Assembly (NCBI GenBank): GCA_951406725.2 | Contig: OX597832.1 | Location: forward strand, 62,000,001 to 62,064,000 | Origin: Octopus vulgaris | Lineage: Eukaryota | Length of the DNA: 64,000 bases | Reading direction: 5' to 3' | In this document: piece after piece, positions 1-14,071 of the stretch | Position numbering within the stretch: the first letter of the stretch is position 1 | How the letters are laid out: every line of letters starts with the position of its first letter | The notes under the pieces: model-generated | Told to the model about the DNA's origin: nothing | Seen by the model: only the letters and a program-made list of their open reading frames with translations | Databases searched by the model: none | Translations under genes and position numbers: made by a program

Positions 1-1453
1 TCCTTATTTTTAACGGTGTCGAGTATAATTTCACTTCTGGTGGTCATGAGGTTCTTCTGGAACTTAATATGTTGCCACAGATTAGAAGCAGAGGAACAGG
101 CACCATTAAATACTTATCTTATTTCGGTTGGATACGCATGTCATCCACCTGGTTGAATATTTGCATTCCTATTAAGATGTATAAGATGCTGATAGCAGCA
201 AGAGATAACATTATTGATCAGGAAATGAACTTTTTATTGCGCAATGAAAATCTGCAGAAACAAACTGCGCGATCAATTTGACCCCATTGACAAAAACATA
301 AGGTCAATAATATTGAAGCTGAAATTGAGCTGTAGCAAAATATAGAGCACGAATCTGAACATCACGTAACGCTAAATTAAATGCGCCATTTGTCCTAAGA
401 TGATGTATCTTATAGACGTACAATGTTAAAAGTCACGAAAATATATCAGCAACAGAGGGAAATCGTCCATTAGTGATGATGTTACTGCTAGATGGGTATT
501 TCTGCTAATTTGGTCATCTTCAAATGAAGATATCCACAGACAACCGCATGCAAGGAAAATATCCGTCGTTACTTATACAGGAAAATAATGAATGAAAATT
601 CGCAGATGTCGCAATCAATTGGATTTTCAAGTAAACCAAGTGTTGAAATCCAGAACAAAAATCCCGCCATACGGAAAAATATCATTTCAGACTTCATTAT
701 ATGATTGTGCCCTCTGCCCATTTTTCGTCTTCTAACCCGAAGTCATGCTACTGTAGTGACGATTCCTCATACTTTTCTCTTATTTGGAAATGCCAGTCTA
801 TATTGCAAAATTTGTTCCAAAGCTGAGTAGGTAACGTGTGCATATATTTAAGATCTGCCGTATTTACCAGCGTACAAGACGCGTTTGTTTTATTACTAAC
901 TGTATCCAAAACTCGTTCTGCATCTAATAGATTGAAGACACTGAGTGTTTTTGGTCAGAAAGCTGTATAAGCATAAATCCACCAGGTACTATAATTGTTA
1001 CTGGTAATAAAATATAGAAAACAAGCCAAAATATCATAGTCTATTGGCATAACGGTATTAAAATGGAGCCAGCAATACATTGTCAAAAATGCAGGAAGAC
1101 CAGATCGTGTCATTATCGCTCCTTCCTCAGCAGATGTATAAACCACCGTTGACATATGACTTCCATTATTAATTAAATTACTCATTCCTGTACTAATATG
1201 TAAATGGCTGGGTATTCCACAGACATGTGTACCCTTGACATTATTCACAGTTTGAATCAGCGATACTGTTTGAATTGAAGACAGAATTCACCCGACATAT
1301 TTGTAGACACTTTGCGTCTACCCAGCTTCACTCACAAGACATGGAGCTACCCGAGGCAATGGAAAATTACATTTGACCAAGGGTCCCTCCAGAGAGATCG
1401 AACCCGGCGAACATAAATTTAAAGAAAACGACTTAACCATTCAGCGATGCTGA

Positions 1454-1521
<68 letters not shown>

Positions 1522-1526
1522 CTCTA

Positions 1527-1582
<56 letters not shown>

Positions 1583-1989
1583 CATATAGATATAGGTAGA
1601 GAGGTACATAAATAATTACACACAAACACACAAACACACACATACACACATACACACAGACATACACACGCGCGCGCGCACATGATTTTTATCTTATTGT
1701 TGTTTCGGCAAACTTTCTCTGGTTAATTATTTCTGCGCTACTTCATTTTACTTTCGAATTAACATAAGCTTAATCCAAACGTCTTTATTAGATCAATTTC
1801 TATGCCACCTTATCTAAAAGTGAATTAACATAATCTTACTCTTAAACTTCTTTAACACATTCCGCCTTTATACCCTGCACTATGAAAGTAAATCTTATTA
1901 AATTCGATATCACCCTCCAATTTGATAAGACGCTGCTTGAAAATTGCACCCACATATAGACACACACATGTATATACACACACATACAT

Positions 1990-2022
<33 letters not shown>

Positions 2023-2085
2023 CATACATATATATACACACACATACATATATATATATACGTGCATACATATATATATATATAC

Positions 2086-2271
2086 GTGGCTGTCTGGTAA
2101 GTAGCTTGCTTACCAGCGACATTGTTCCAGGTTCAGTGCCACTACGTGGCACCTTCGGCAAGTGGCTTCTAGTATTTAGCCTCGGGCCGAGCAGAGCCTT
2201 GTTAGTTGACCTGGTAGACGGAAACTGAAAGAAGCCTGTCGTATATAAATATGTGTGTTTGTGTTTGTGCA

Positions 2272-2337
<66 letters not shown>

Positions 2338-2520
2338 TCCACCCAACATCGCTTGACATCCGATGCTGATGTGTTTACGACCCCGTAACTTAGCGGTTCG
2401 TTAAAAGGGACTGCTAGAATAAGTACTAGGCTTAAAAAGAATAAGTCCTGGGGTGGATTTGCTCGACTAAACGCGGAGCTCCAGCACGGCCGCAGTCAAG
2501 TGACTGAAACAAATAAAAGA
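2086..2520 (+). mobile_element. SINE family A: tRNA head, CORE-like segment, internal SSR, CR1-like tail
   Basis: GTGGCTGTCTGGTAAGTAGCTTGCTTACC head, GGCACCTTCGGCAAGT, then tail CTCCAGCACGGCCGCAGTCAAGTGACTGAAAC. Confidence 0.85.
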
Positions 2521-3195
2521 ATACTAGAATAAATATATATATATATATATATAAAATTTATAACAAGGCATAACAAGGGTGTCTAGGAGATACTACCATG
2601 CTTGAAATTGTAGTCAAAACCTGACTCTAAAACCACTTGAAATATTCAATACAGCACAAAGTGAAAAGCCATAAGAAACATAAAATAGTAAATTCGCAGA
2701 TAGTGGTGGGGGTCATAGCGGTGTCTGTACGGTGTAGGCTGCAGGGACTCAATGAGGAATATCGTTTGTGGCCGGGCGACAACGGCTCGGATCCCGCCTT
2801 GGTCTTGAATGAGGCATGGGGAATGGTGGAATATACGGGCACAAGCGATGTTGGGGAGGAATAATGACAAGACGTTGAAAAACCTCAGTGTTATAATGTT
2901 TATTGTATGTTTAATGTTTATTGCATGTCATTATGTTTAAGAGGCTTAACGCCCCAATTCTTAAATGGACTATTAGTCCAAAATTGTGAAACTTAAGTAA
3001 GAGATTCATTACCTCGTTTTGGCTTATTCTGGGGGAAAAAAGAAGAGAATAATGTTTTAGAGAAGCAAAGGATCGGCGGGCATTTTTTATCTTCTTCCAT
3101 TAATATCATCCTTATCATCATTAACCTCATCAATGTCTTTGTCCAGGCGCAAACTACTCTGTATCATGCCTTTATGGCAAAATTTTTCAAATAAA

Positions 3196-3333
3196 GTGGC
3201 TTACCTACTAACCACATGGTTTCGCGTTCAGTCCCACTGCGTGGCACCTTGGACAAATGTCTTCTACTATAACCTCGCTCCGACCAAAGCCTTGTGAGTG
3301 GATATGGAAGATAGAAACTGAAAGAAGCCTGTC

Positions 3334-3411
<78 letters not shown>

Positions 3412-3660
3412 ATATCTATGTATATGCATATACATGTATATATATATATGTGTTTGTGTTTATGAGTCTGTGTCCCATTTATCCTTCTTCCATCGCTTGA
3501 CAACCGATGCTGGTGCGTTTACGTCTTGGTATTAGCGGTTCGGCAACAGAGATCGATAGAATAAGTACGAGCCTTACAAATAGTAAGTGCTGAGGTCAAT
3601 TTGCTCGAGTGAAGGCGGTTCTCCAGCATGTCCGCACTCAAATGTCTGAAACAAGAAAAA
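3196..3660 (+). mobile_element. SINE family A
   Basis: Colinear with 49083-49500. Confidence 0.85.
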
Positions 3661-5523
3661 CGAGAAAAGAAAAAAGAAAATCAAATGCTATCGTCTGATT
3701 GATAATTAGCTGATATTTCTAGCACCGGGAGTGACCACGCGGAGATTCCCTTGTTAGCGATTTCTGAATTTGTTTAGGTCTCAGCTAGGCTAAAAGCTCT
3801 ATGCTTTAATTATGTGGTTCTAATGTTTAGTTCTATGAATAAGTCAGCAGTCACGTGCCGTGTCAATGACCTTTTGACAATTGGCCCCTTTCTGACGCTG
3901 GCGATATTGGCATTGTTGACCTGTAATCATTTATGTTTATTGGTTAAAAGCAAAATGTATAGGAAAATGTGAATGGGATGGGTTGTTTAAACAGTAAGGA
4001 TAGGACTTTTTGTCCTTCTTTGGAAATATTCTCATCACCACTTGACACCGGTGTTGGTATGTTTACATCACTTTAAACTAGCGGTTCGGTAAATGAGACT
4101 GATAGAATAAATATCAAGCTTTGAAAATGAATAAGTCATTTGGTCGATTCATTCGACCCCAAAACGGTGGAAAACAAACTCTGCTACGCCTTTCTGTGCC
4201 CCTATTATTGAGCGGTTCGTAAAAAAAATGACCGACAAAACAGGAACGGGAATTTAAAACAAATTGTAAGTAGTGGGTCTATTTGATCGATTGAATCATT
4301 CAAGGCGATGCCCCAGTATGGCCGCAGTCTAATTACTGAAATATGTAAAAAAAGAAAAAGGAAAGATAAAAGTAGCTTCATGGTTAAGGAGTTTCCGTTG
4401 AAAATGTCCATTTTTGGGTTCGCCGCCACTCCGTAAAACCTTTGGAAAATGTCTCCAGACGTAATTTTGTGTTGAGCCATATCTTTCGAATGGAATTTTG
4501 TTTAGGTTAACAGAAACTGAAAGAAATTCCACCTCATGTATGAGGATGTGTGTGCATGTGTGCGTGTGCATGTGTGTGTGTGTGTGTGTGTGTGCGTGTG
4601 TGCGTGAGTGTGTGTGTGTATGTGTGTGTGTGTAATATTTGGCGGATGCTGAACACAAACGGAAGTAACACCGTAAGGCAATTTGAACTCAGTATGTAAA
4701 GGCAGACGAAAGACCGCAACTCTCTCCAGTTAGGATTTGAATAGTCACCAGCAGCTTCACATAGCCATCTGAATTAAGCCTAAGGATCTTCCAATGTGAG
4801 GCTGAATTCCAGCATGCAGACCCAGTCAAACCGCCAGCTGTGTCCCTTCCTGTAAGTTTAATTTTGGGATCATTATACTTTATTACATGAACAAAAGTAA
4901 TTAGTTTTAGCGAACGAATTTTCTGATTTTCCCGAATAATTTGTCTAAAAACGAAATTATATAAAGGCATTTGATAAAGTATATTATTATTTGTTGCAAA
5001 TGTTTGGTTGCTGGGTCGCCATCGTTCAACGACGAGGATTCGGTTCTTTGATCGAATTGCGCAACAATTGACTGAGTATCCGTCAGATAAATTTAGGGGG
5101 TTAGATAAAATATGTAATTTCTGATTTTTATGTTGCTTTCTCCCAAATTGTTTGAAACCGTTATGATGCAAGTATCGCTTCATCATTTTGCACTGTTGCA
5201 TCATCCTTGAGAGTGGAAATTGGTCAGTATGGCTGTTGTCCACGCTGAGTGACTTTGAAAACTGGTCAAAAAAATTTTAATTCAACTTTGACCCTATTTT
5301 AATTGAGTTTACAAGTAAAATATCTACATAATTTTTCACGTTTAACAATCAATATGCTTTTCTCTTTTGTATTCCAATATTGATTTCTAATTTGATAATC
5401 TGCAATTTTCAAAAATTCATGCTAAAATGCGGCAAAATCAGTAATCACAAATTTCAATCATTTCTTTTCACCACGAAAAAAGCCACTCCATCAGATTGCA
5501 AAGATGCTATCGAAAATATTTTA

Positions 5524-5704
5524 TACAGTTCTATATTTAAGAGATGAGGAATTATGTACATTTTTGCATTATTTACATTTGACGGATATTTGTGTCATCT
5601 TGTTTGATGTTAACACAACGTTTCGGCTGTTATGCCCTCCAGCCTTCATCAGGTGTCTTGGGGAGATTTCGAAGCTGGGTTCTCATTCCTAAGGTATATT
5701 TCGT
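5524..5704 (-). mobile_element. H1 tail fragment
   Basis: The reverse complement matches 23285-23467, including the same 3' terminus AATATAGAACTGTA. Confidence 0.85.
5612..5657 (-). ncRNA. Minimal type-I hammerhead ribozyme motif (Penelope type)
   Basis: GACAC-CUGAUGA-A-GGCUG(GAGGGCAUAA)CAGCC-GAAA-CG-UU-GUGUU. Stems I and II pair, both core boxes are intact, and helix III is reduced to the ACGU palindrome. Confidence 0.75.
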
Positions 5705-8231
5705 ATTAACTTGATCACGGCTGAAGTTTCGTTAAACAACTTCAAAAACGCAGAAGAAATAGCAGGTAAATCTCCATCAAATCACGCAAATATATCTCTA
5801 AAAGATGTTGTGCAAAAGCCTTTTTGTTTTTCAGATTTAATATTGAAAAAGTGAAAAGGGAAATTTGCCTAATATTTTCTTACTCATTTTGCCCCACCCC
5901 ACCCTAAACTTGTCTTTTCTTTGCTCACGGGGACAGAGTTAATTTTCTGAAATAGGGTTCTGATTATGTTATAGTGTTTCTTTATGTATTTAGAGAAGGT
6001 TTTTTTTAAAATCTCATATAGGTTTTCCAAGTTAGTGAAAGTAGAAAGTATTTTTGTCCCAAAGCCAAAGATACTGTAAATATTACTCATTGTGCCCCAC
6101 AACACACCACCCTGAAAATGCTTTTCATACAGAATCAGTGTGACACTGTGTATGTACAGTTCCTTTTCCATCCGGGTTCTATAGAGTTCTCGTGTAAACA
6201 AATTTATTTAGAAGAAATGATTCGATTGGATGTCGCTGCATCTACCGTTTGTTGATGATTCTCTACTTCTGGCGGATGACACCTTTGCACAATTCAGGCT
6301 ATAACCCTCAAACCTATGGGTTTGTTTTGGGGTATTCGTTGCTGGCGAGGGTTTTATGAGGTCGGATTGCAAATCCTGTTTTAGTCCAACCTCTTTTAGT
6401 CGCCCTTCTTACCACACCCAGAAGAAAGGTTTTGTCTATTGTTTAACAAATCCGTTCCCACACGGCACTTGAACAACGTAAAACGAAGTGTTTTGCTCAA
6501 GAAGGACAACACACCCCTCGAACAGGTAATCAAACCGGCAATTTAGCGATCGTGCGTGCAACTGTCTAAGCACTAGTCCAGCGCCTTTACTGGTATCTAC
6601 TCGATAATCTCGGAAGGGTTAAGAGGCTAAATTCACATCTAGTTGGATTTGAACAGAAGGCGTTAAGCGACATCACCAAACACCGCGACACACTTTGTTC
6701 GACGTTGCTCAACCGATTCCCTCATCCACCGTATTTATAACCATAACCATGAATATTATTAATATTCGTATTACGCTCTTTTAGTATTTTCTGTCAGCTT
6801 TGTACAACACGAACACGCGTAAATGTCTTTTCTTTTTTGCCGGCAACTCTCTCCCCCACCTACCCCCTCCACCCTTCTAAACTTCCTCTACTTCACACTA
6901 AGCAGATTATTCCGTTCCGATTCCGCTATCTAACTGTTTTTATACTATTATATAATTGTTTGGGCGGCTTATTTCCAGGGAAATTGTGTTTCATACGACA
7001 GAACAAATCTTATCACAAACAACCAGTAGTGGCATTAGTAATCGAAGAAATGCCAAAATCTTGAGGAATTCTGCTATCTGATTATTTCCCATCGTAATAA
7101 TCACCATATTCAGTCGATATTAAGAAAGAAGAGATCAATATTTAGAAGGATATCGGATGCAAGTCAATTGAGACATCTGCAGATAGCTTTTTCTGGAAAC
7201 TAGTGAATCTTCTCAAATATTATTCCGGTAAATCAAAAATAAGTAAAATAAAATAAAAGGAGGAGGAGGAGGAGAAAGAGAAGAAGGTTCAATTCCAGTC
7301 CACCATTAACAGGTTTTCTGGCTTCTATAAATGATACATTTTCGGGAGCTGTCCCAGGAGATGATGTGCTGAGCTGTGGGTTAAAGAAGAGCATGTATTC
7401 GTATCGCAGTTTAAGTGATGTCCCCAGGCCGAAGTTGTTTCTGTTTGTTGTAAATGAACCTTTTTAGCAGACCTAGGGCTAAATAACGAAAACAACAGTA
7501 ACACAAGCCAGCAAAGAAATTGATATCGGGAGTGGGGGTCAAAATATAATGAAAATCTTGCTAAATTCACAGTCAACCGTCTTAAAATGACAAAAAATAA
7601 TTGGAAAATGGTGGTCATGATGGAACGCTTTTGATCATAGGTGTGTTTCAGTAATTCCAATCTCTCTTTGAAAGGATGAATACATTGGCTGATGTAGTCC
7701 TAGATACACCATGTCTGAATAAAAGTTGGCTTTGTCACATTTGCAACATATATAGTCTTCGAGATACTTGATCTACTATTAAATTAATTAAAGCTGGTTT
7801 GGTTAAGCAACTTCAAAAACGGAGAAGAGATAACAGCTAAATCTCCACCAAATTACGGAAATCTATCTTTAAAAGAATGAATACATTCGGCACATCTGCT
7901 TTTGGAATACTTATCCACTTAAAGGCTAATTCAGGGAGCATGTAACGTTGTTAATCGAATAACTGAATCATACTGTACTCTCAAATATCATGAAAAGTAT
8001 TTGAAATGGTGTTGAAGCTTTTTGAGAAGATTTATTTATGAATCGAGACAAATTTTATATAGCTATCACACACCAGTTTTTAAAATCAAGAAAGTCTAGA
8101 TCCGATAAAATAAATGTAAAGAAAAACTCTAAGTGCATTTTCAAATTCTTTGCTTAATACTTGCATACACACTCACACACACATACATATATTCATATAT
8201 CATATGTGCGTATGTGTGTGTATGCATATAT

Positions 8232-8294
<63 letters not shown>

Positions 8295-9345
8295 TGCGTG
8301 TGTACATTCACACACTCACATACTCTTGTCTCAGTCTTGATATTGCGAACGTTCCCTGTTAATTATTTCTATGATATCTAATTCCTTCTCAAGTTCTCGT
8401 AATCGCTCTCAACGCGTCTTTTGTGCATTAATTTTCAGGGCTCTTTAACTAAATGTGATTTATCGTTATGTTACATTAAAAGAAAACCTCTTTGATATAT
8501 TCTTTACATACGACACTGTAAAAGTAAATCTTATTACAACAGATATCACCTCTAGTTCTGTATGACGCTTCTGAACACATAAACAATCCAACCTGTTGTC
8601 AGTAATTGACAAAAGAGAAACAATAAATTAACCAGTGAAACTGTTTTAAAAATATGCAATAGTAAAAACAAAGAAGAATTTTTAAATATTTTACTGCTTT
8701 TGTGGTGGGGTCCAGATTTGCCGAGTCCATAGGACGTCAGATAAAATATGTTAGGGGGTATTATTGACAGATTTTAATATTCTGAGTTCAAATGCTCCCG
8801 AAATTGTCTTTCATTTTACAACTTTTTATGTTCGATAAAGTCAAGCACGAGTCAAATACTGGTGTCACTTTAATTGACTGACTCCTCGTGACCTTGTGAC
8901 TATGTTACCAATTCTTATTTTACAGCAGTATTTCTTTGGAACCAAAGTTCCACTACACAACTTTGTTTTAAACCTTTGAAACCCCAAGTTCTCTTTAGCG
9001 ATATTTCCATTTTTTACACCCCTGAAATGTATTATAATCTGGCCGCATTGTTTACGGTTGGAAATAATAATTTTCTGCCATTTAGCGAGTCATAAGAAGG
9101 AAGCCATTTAGGGGTGCAAATTTGTGTTTTCCAGAGACGTAATAGTCTAACGAAATGGCAGCTTCTAAAGATTAAAGTTCTGATATGAGCTCCTCATAAG
9201 ATTTTCTAATCATTTTCTTTATCTGTAGCATTTTAATTAGAAAAATTAATCCATAAACGTAAGTCTGACATGATATATTGTGTTTCGTTTATGGCTCCTC
9301 TGGAAAAGATTTGAAAATTTAGCTATGTAATTTGACGCCCATTTA

Positions 9346-10624
9346 TTGGGTTACTCCATAAATAATGCCGTTTTTTTCAATTTCATGAACTAAAAGTTGG
9401 AGGAGGATGGAATAAATTACCTGCACAAATTCCTATAAAAGCAGACAGTAATTTTAACTTGTCCTTATTCGTAATGCAAGTTTTGAAGTGTACAGTTCGA
9501 TTTTAACAGTTATTTTTCAAAGCTGTAATGGAAGCGACAAAGGAGCGTATTCGGCATATTTTGCTTTATGCTTTCAATAAAGGCAACAACGCAACGGAAA
9601 GTGCGAGGAATATTAATGCAGTATATGAGGATCGGACACTAAGTGTAAGCCAGTGTCAATGGCGGTTCCAGAAATTCCGAGCCGGAAACTACAGCCTAGA
9701 AGACGAGCCTCGTGTTGGTAGATCTGTGGAGCTTGAGGATGATGTCCTGCAAACACCGATGGAACAAAATAACATCGCAACTGTTGAGGAACTAGCAGAG
9801 AAGTTGGATTTGGTCTTTCAATGATTCATCGACACCTGCGTGCCATCGGAAAAGTCAGCAAATTGAGTCAAGGGCTTCCTCACAAACTTTCAGAGTTTAA
9901 TTGTATGCAGAGAGTGAATGTGTGCTCTTTTTTTGTTGTCACGTCTCATGAATGAACCTTTTCTGGACCGAAACGTGAGTAGTGACGAGAAATGGGATCT
10001 CTATAAAAATGTGAAGCGACAAAAACTGTAGGAAGAGAAAAGAAAAACACCGGCACCACAGGCTAAAGAAGGTCTTCACCCACGTAAGGTATTGTAATCT
10101 GTTTGGTGGGATATGAGAGGTTTAGTCCACTTTGAACTTTGAAACTCAAACGAAACGATAGCAAAGATCTACAGCGAGCAGCTTGAGCAGCATAAGTCAG
10201 AGCTAGAAGGAAAATGACCACCGTTGCTTTCAAGACGAAAGATGCTCTTCCATCCGGATAATGCTCGACTACATACAACGAGGATGGCATTCCAAAGGCT
10301 GGAGCAGTTTGAATGGGAAACGATGCCCCGGCCACGATATTCTCCGGACATTGCTCCATCTGATTATCATTTATTCCGCAGCCTTCAAATTGATTTAGAT
10401 TGCGAAAATATGAATTCTGTAGACATTATTAGAACAGTGCTGGAGAAGTATTTTTCATCACAGACAAGTGAATTTTGAAAGAGGGGCTTTGCAAGCGTAC
10501 CAGGTAGATGGAAGAGCATTGTAGAAAATGAAGGAGAGTATATTTGAGATTTAAAAAGAACTTTGTTTATCTTAATTTTGAAAAATATAAATAAGTATAA
10601 AGCATTATTTATGGGATGACCTAA
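9346..10624 (+). mobile_element. Mariner (DD34D) DNA transposon, full length, transposase disrupted
   Basis: Left TIR TTGGGTTACTCCATAAATAATGC matches the reverse complement of the right end, TTAGGTCATCCCATAAATAATGC, at 19/23. TA flanks both sides (9344-45, 10625-26). Length 1279 bp. The ORF pieces read as mariner transposase. Confidence 0.95.
9528..10548 (+). pseudogene. Mariner transposase pseudogene (stops and frameshifts)
   Basis: HTH region MEATKERIRHILLYAF...WRFQKFRAGNYSLEDEPRVGRS; SDEKW near 9981; FHPDNARLH and YSPDIAPSDYHLF in ORF 10224-10478. The pieces lie in several frames. Confidence 0.93.
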
Positions 10625-11360
10625 TACATCCTAAATAGCCATAAGTGAAACAAGAAATATTTTAGCGGATTAACGATTATTGATTAAATATTTTATTCCC
10701 TATCAGACTTATGTTTACTCATTCCAAGTAGCACGGCCATAACTTCGGTTAATAGATTTGATTAATATTAATTAATTACATTTTAAACGGACTGATCTCC
10801 CACAGTCAACAAGTCTTTTCTTTCCCCCAGAGTGTCACAATCGGAGATGAAATCGATCCAAGCACATTACAGATCGATACGTAATAAAGATGTAAATACA
10901 GATTGCCATATTTCAGTGGGTAATGAATCAGTGCGGTCGAATTATCGACCTCAGAATTTGAATATGAAATATCATAATATCTTAATGGCCACAGAAACGC
11001 TGAAATGCAATGGCTACCATGGCGGGATCCGAACTCAGAAGATAATTGGACGTATCTATCGTATTACAAGACATTTTATCTCCCAATCTCACCAATGCTG
11101 CGCCGATAGAAATACCGATTCCATCTACAGGCAAAACGACCGCACATTTTGGAGAGGATCCAGTCCATTAAGTTGACTTCAATACTTAACGGTTATATAT
11201 TTCGTTGACCCCACAAGAAAGACATGCAAATCCTAATACAGCAGGATTCGAACTCAAAAAGAAACATCGTAACTAAACCCAAATGTATTTTGTCAGACGC
11301 TCTACCGATTATGACAACCCAATATATATACTGTAAAAGTTTCATTCCTACTATAAATAT

Positions 11361-11707
11361 GTCATGGTCCTCCGTGGGTAACGATGACGATGGTTGCAGT
11401 TGATCCGATCAACGAAACAGCCTGCACGTGAAATTAACGTGCCAGTGGCTGAGCACTGCACAGACATGTGTACTCTTAACGTAGTTCTCGGGGGAGATTC
11501 AGCGTGACATAGTGTGACAAGGCTGGCCTTTTGAAATACAGGTACAACAGAAATAGGAAGAAAGAGTGAGAGAAAGAGTACAGCCGGAGCATCGTGGAGC
11601 TTTAAGTGTTTTCACTCAATAAACACCCACAACGTCTGTCTAGGAATCGAAACGGCGATCCTTCGCCCGCGAGTCCGCTTCCCTAACCACTGGGCCATTG
11701 TGCATCC
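11361..11707 (-). mobile_element. SINE family C with 11-bp TSD
   Basis: tRNA-like head TGGCCCAGTGGTTAGGGAAGCGGACTCGCG...GTTTCGATTCC. TSD ACTATAAATAT at 11350-11360 and 11708-11718. Confidence 0.88.
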
Positions 11708-12044
11708 ACTATAAATATAGATACTATAAATATCTTATTTCTAATGATGAGTTAATGTTTGTCAAAACAATAAGATTCTTCTCATTTGTGTTATCACATT
11801 TTCGTTAGTGAGGCCAACTTCATCTTTGCCTTGTGTGAAGATACATTACTTGGCGCTTAAGGTGTTCAGCTCATAATCCTTAGGTCGAGAGTTCGACTAT
11901 TGGACAGAGAAGTGCGTTGTGCCTCTGAGCAAGGCTCTTCCTTTAGTGTAGTTCCATTGCATCCAGCTGAAGATAACTAGTCGCCGAGTTCCCGTGCAAC
12001 CCCACCTGTCTCTCTCTCTCTCACGCTGTCGCATCTTCGATATT

Positions 12045-12245
12045 CTGGCTGCCGACACACTGCCTGTGTCCGTATAGTGTTTGCAAGGGAGGTCATCGCT
12101 CCCATCGCCACACTTACTTCATACTCACAGACCATGGCTGGAAATGGGAGCGATGACTTCCCTTGCAAACACTATACGGACACAGGCTGTGTTGGTAGCT
12201 AGCTGGAATAGATGTTTTTCTGGGGCTTAAACAACAGCAACATCA
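12045..12245. repeat. Inverted repeat with 44-bp near-perfect arms, related to family H2
   Basis: GCCTGTGTCCGTATAGTGTTTGCAAGGGAGGTCATCGCTCCCAT (12062-12105) pairs with 12144-12187, one mismatch. Downstream AGCTGGAATAGATGTTTTTCTGGGGCTTAAACAACAGCAACAT resembles H2. Confidence 0.8.
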
Positions 12246-12346
12246 TCACATCGTCTTTATAGGACCGCCGCAACCTGTTGGCAAATAAACTTTACTATTC
12301 CGTACTGTTTCTGTATACCTTTTCCTGAGAGATTTAAGATATGTCG

Positions 12347-12443
<97 letters not shown>

Positions 12444-12639
12444 TGTATGTATGTATGTATGTATGTATGTATGTATGTATGTATGTATGTATGTGTGTAT
12501 ATGTCTATATATATACGAGCAAAACGCCCCCCATCCAATGGACGGTGCTGAGTTGTCAGACATTTAAAACAAATTTTCTCAAAACAACTTGCCCGATCGT
12601 CCCATAGGCCTCCCCTTTGAGAAAAACTGATTTAACCTT

Positions 12640-13063
12640 GGTTTTGTTAAACGAAGTTAAGGCAAAAAAAAAACTTCTTGAGAAAACTAATAGGCTTTCC
12701 TTCCTTCGTGTCAAATTTGAAAAAAATAACTTTTTTGCATCTTACTTTTTGGTCTCATAAATATACTGCATTTTGTGGCATTATGTCAAGCCAGCCGGCT
12801 TTTTTTTGCGCAAACTGCACGTGCATTTTTCTCGCGTACGCGTAGTATCGATCGCAACAACTGATGTACCTGTGCGTACAAATGCACGTCCCCATGCCTT
12901 TATCGATCGCATTCTCACCTGGAATCGATTTTTGTAATTTTTTCAAGACTTATAATCGCCCTGATACCGTCGGTATCTACATATCAAATTTGAGCGCAAT
13001 CGGATGGATGATGCCCGAGATCCTAGAAGACACAAACTCACAGAACGGATTTTATATAATAGA
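12640..13063 (-). mobile_element. Probable non-autonomous Helitron-type element, 5' part
   Basis: The minus strand begins A|TCTATTATATAAAATCCG...CATCCGATTGCGCTCAAATTTGATATGTAG, resembling invertebrate Helitron-N 5' ends. No clear 3' hairpin or CTRR was found. Confidence 0.45.
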
Positions 13064-13090
13064 TATGTATACACACCAATATACCTATAT

Positions 13091-13764
13091 CTTTTAGTAG
13101 AAGGAATAGCTATATCTCTTTGACTGCTATTTCTAAATTCGGTGTGTGGCGAGGCAATTCGTTGCTAAACCCTTAATTGTTTAGTATTACTTAAATTTTC
13201 CTCGAATGAGGCTTTTACATGCCGAAATCTACTTGGTGTAATTGATAATTATTCCAAATTAATTAATTTCACCCTTTATTGTTACTGATAACCATATTTT
13301 ATCCCAGTAAATGACCACAGCATCTTGTCTTGGCTACACGCGGGTGGAAGGGGGCTGGTTACACAAACTTTCATTCACACTTTGAATTTCGTGGTACTGG
13401 TAATGCTTTGGCTCGCTCTGACACTGAGTTGAGATAATGCCTTCTAGTATCTCAAAATTTAATATACAATTATTCATAATTGTAGTATCCTGCGCCGATG
13501 AGAAAAGAAGTTTGGGTAAGGTAGAATTTTCTAATTCTTATGCTTTCCTAAAACTTGAAACGTACGTCCGTAGGTAACTTAAAATTGTATGATAGATTGC
13601 CGTCATCTCATTCTTTCTTACCCGTCTGTGTTTGCCTTTCAAGTGCTGTGTTTTTACTGAGATCTCCCTTTTAGTAGAAGGAATAGCTATATCTCTTTGA
13701 CTGCTATTTCTAAATTCGGTGTGTGGCGAGGCAATTCGTTGCTAAACCCTTAATTGCTTAGTAT

Positions 13765-13768
<4 letters not shown>
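13091..13768. repeat. 101-bp direct repeats 577 bp apart, bounding a probable retroelement
   Basis: 13091-13191 and 13668-13768 differ at one base. The right end abuts a (TA)n tract. Confidence 0.85.
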
Positions 13769-13805
<37 letters not shown>

Positions 13806-13814
13806 TACATATAC

Positions 13815-13863
<49 letters not shown>

Positions 13864-13888
13864 TATATATATACGTATATATATATAT

Positions 13889-13922
<34 letters not shown>

Positions 13923-13940
13923 TTTATATATACGTATATA

Positions 13941-14000
<60 letters not shown>

Positions 14001-14071
14001 CATATAAACATATGTATACATATATATGCATATGTATATATATGTGTTTGTCTGTGAACATGTGTTGGTAT

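Noticed and set aside
1-1250. Possible coding exons or pogo-like transposon remnants
   Set aside because: TIR-like words near 857-885 are suggestive, but no frame gave a recognisable protein and I could not pair the termini.
2637-2864. GC-richer 75-aa ORF
   Set aside because: No recognisable homology or splice context. It may be a TE fragment, but I cannot support that.
4689-5243. 184-aa minus-strand ORF
   Set aside because: No recognisable domain. It starts at a non-ATG codon, and its end runs into SINE-like sequence.
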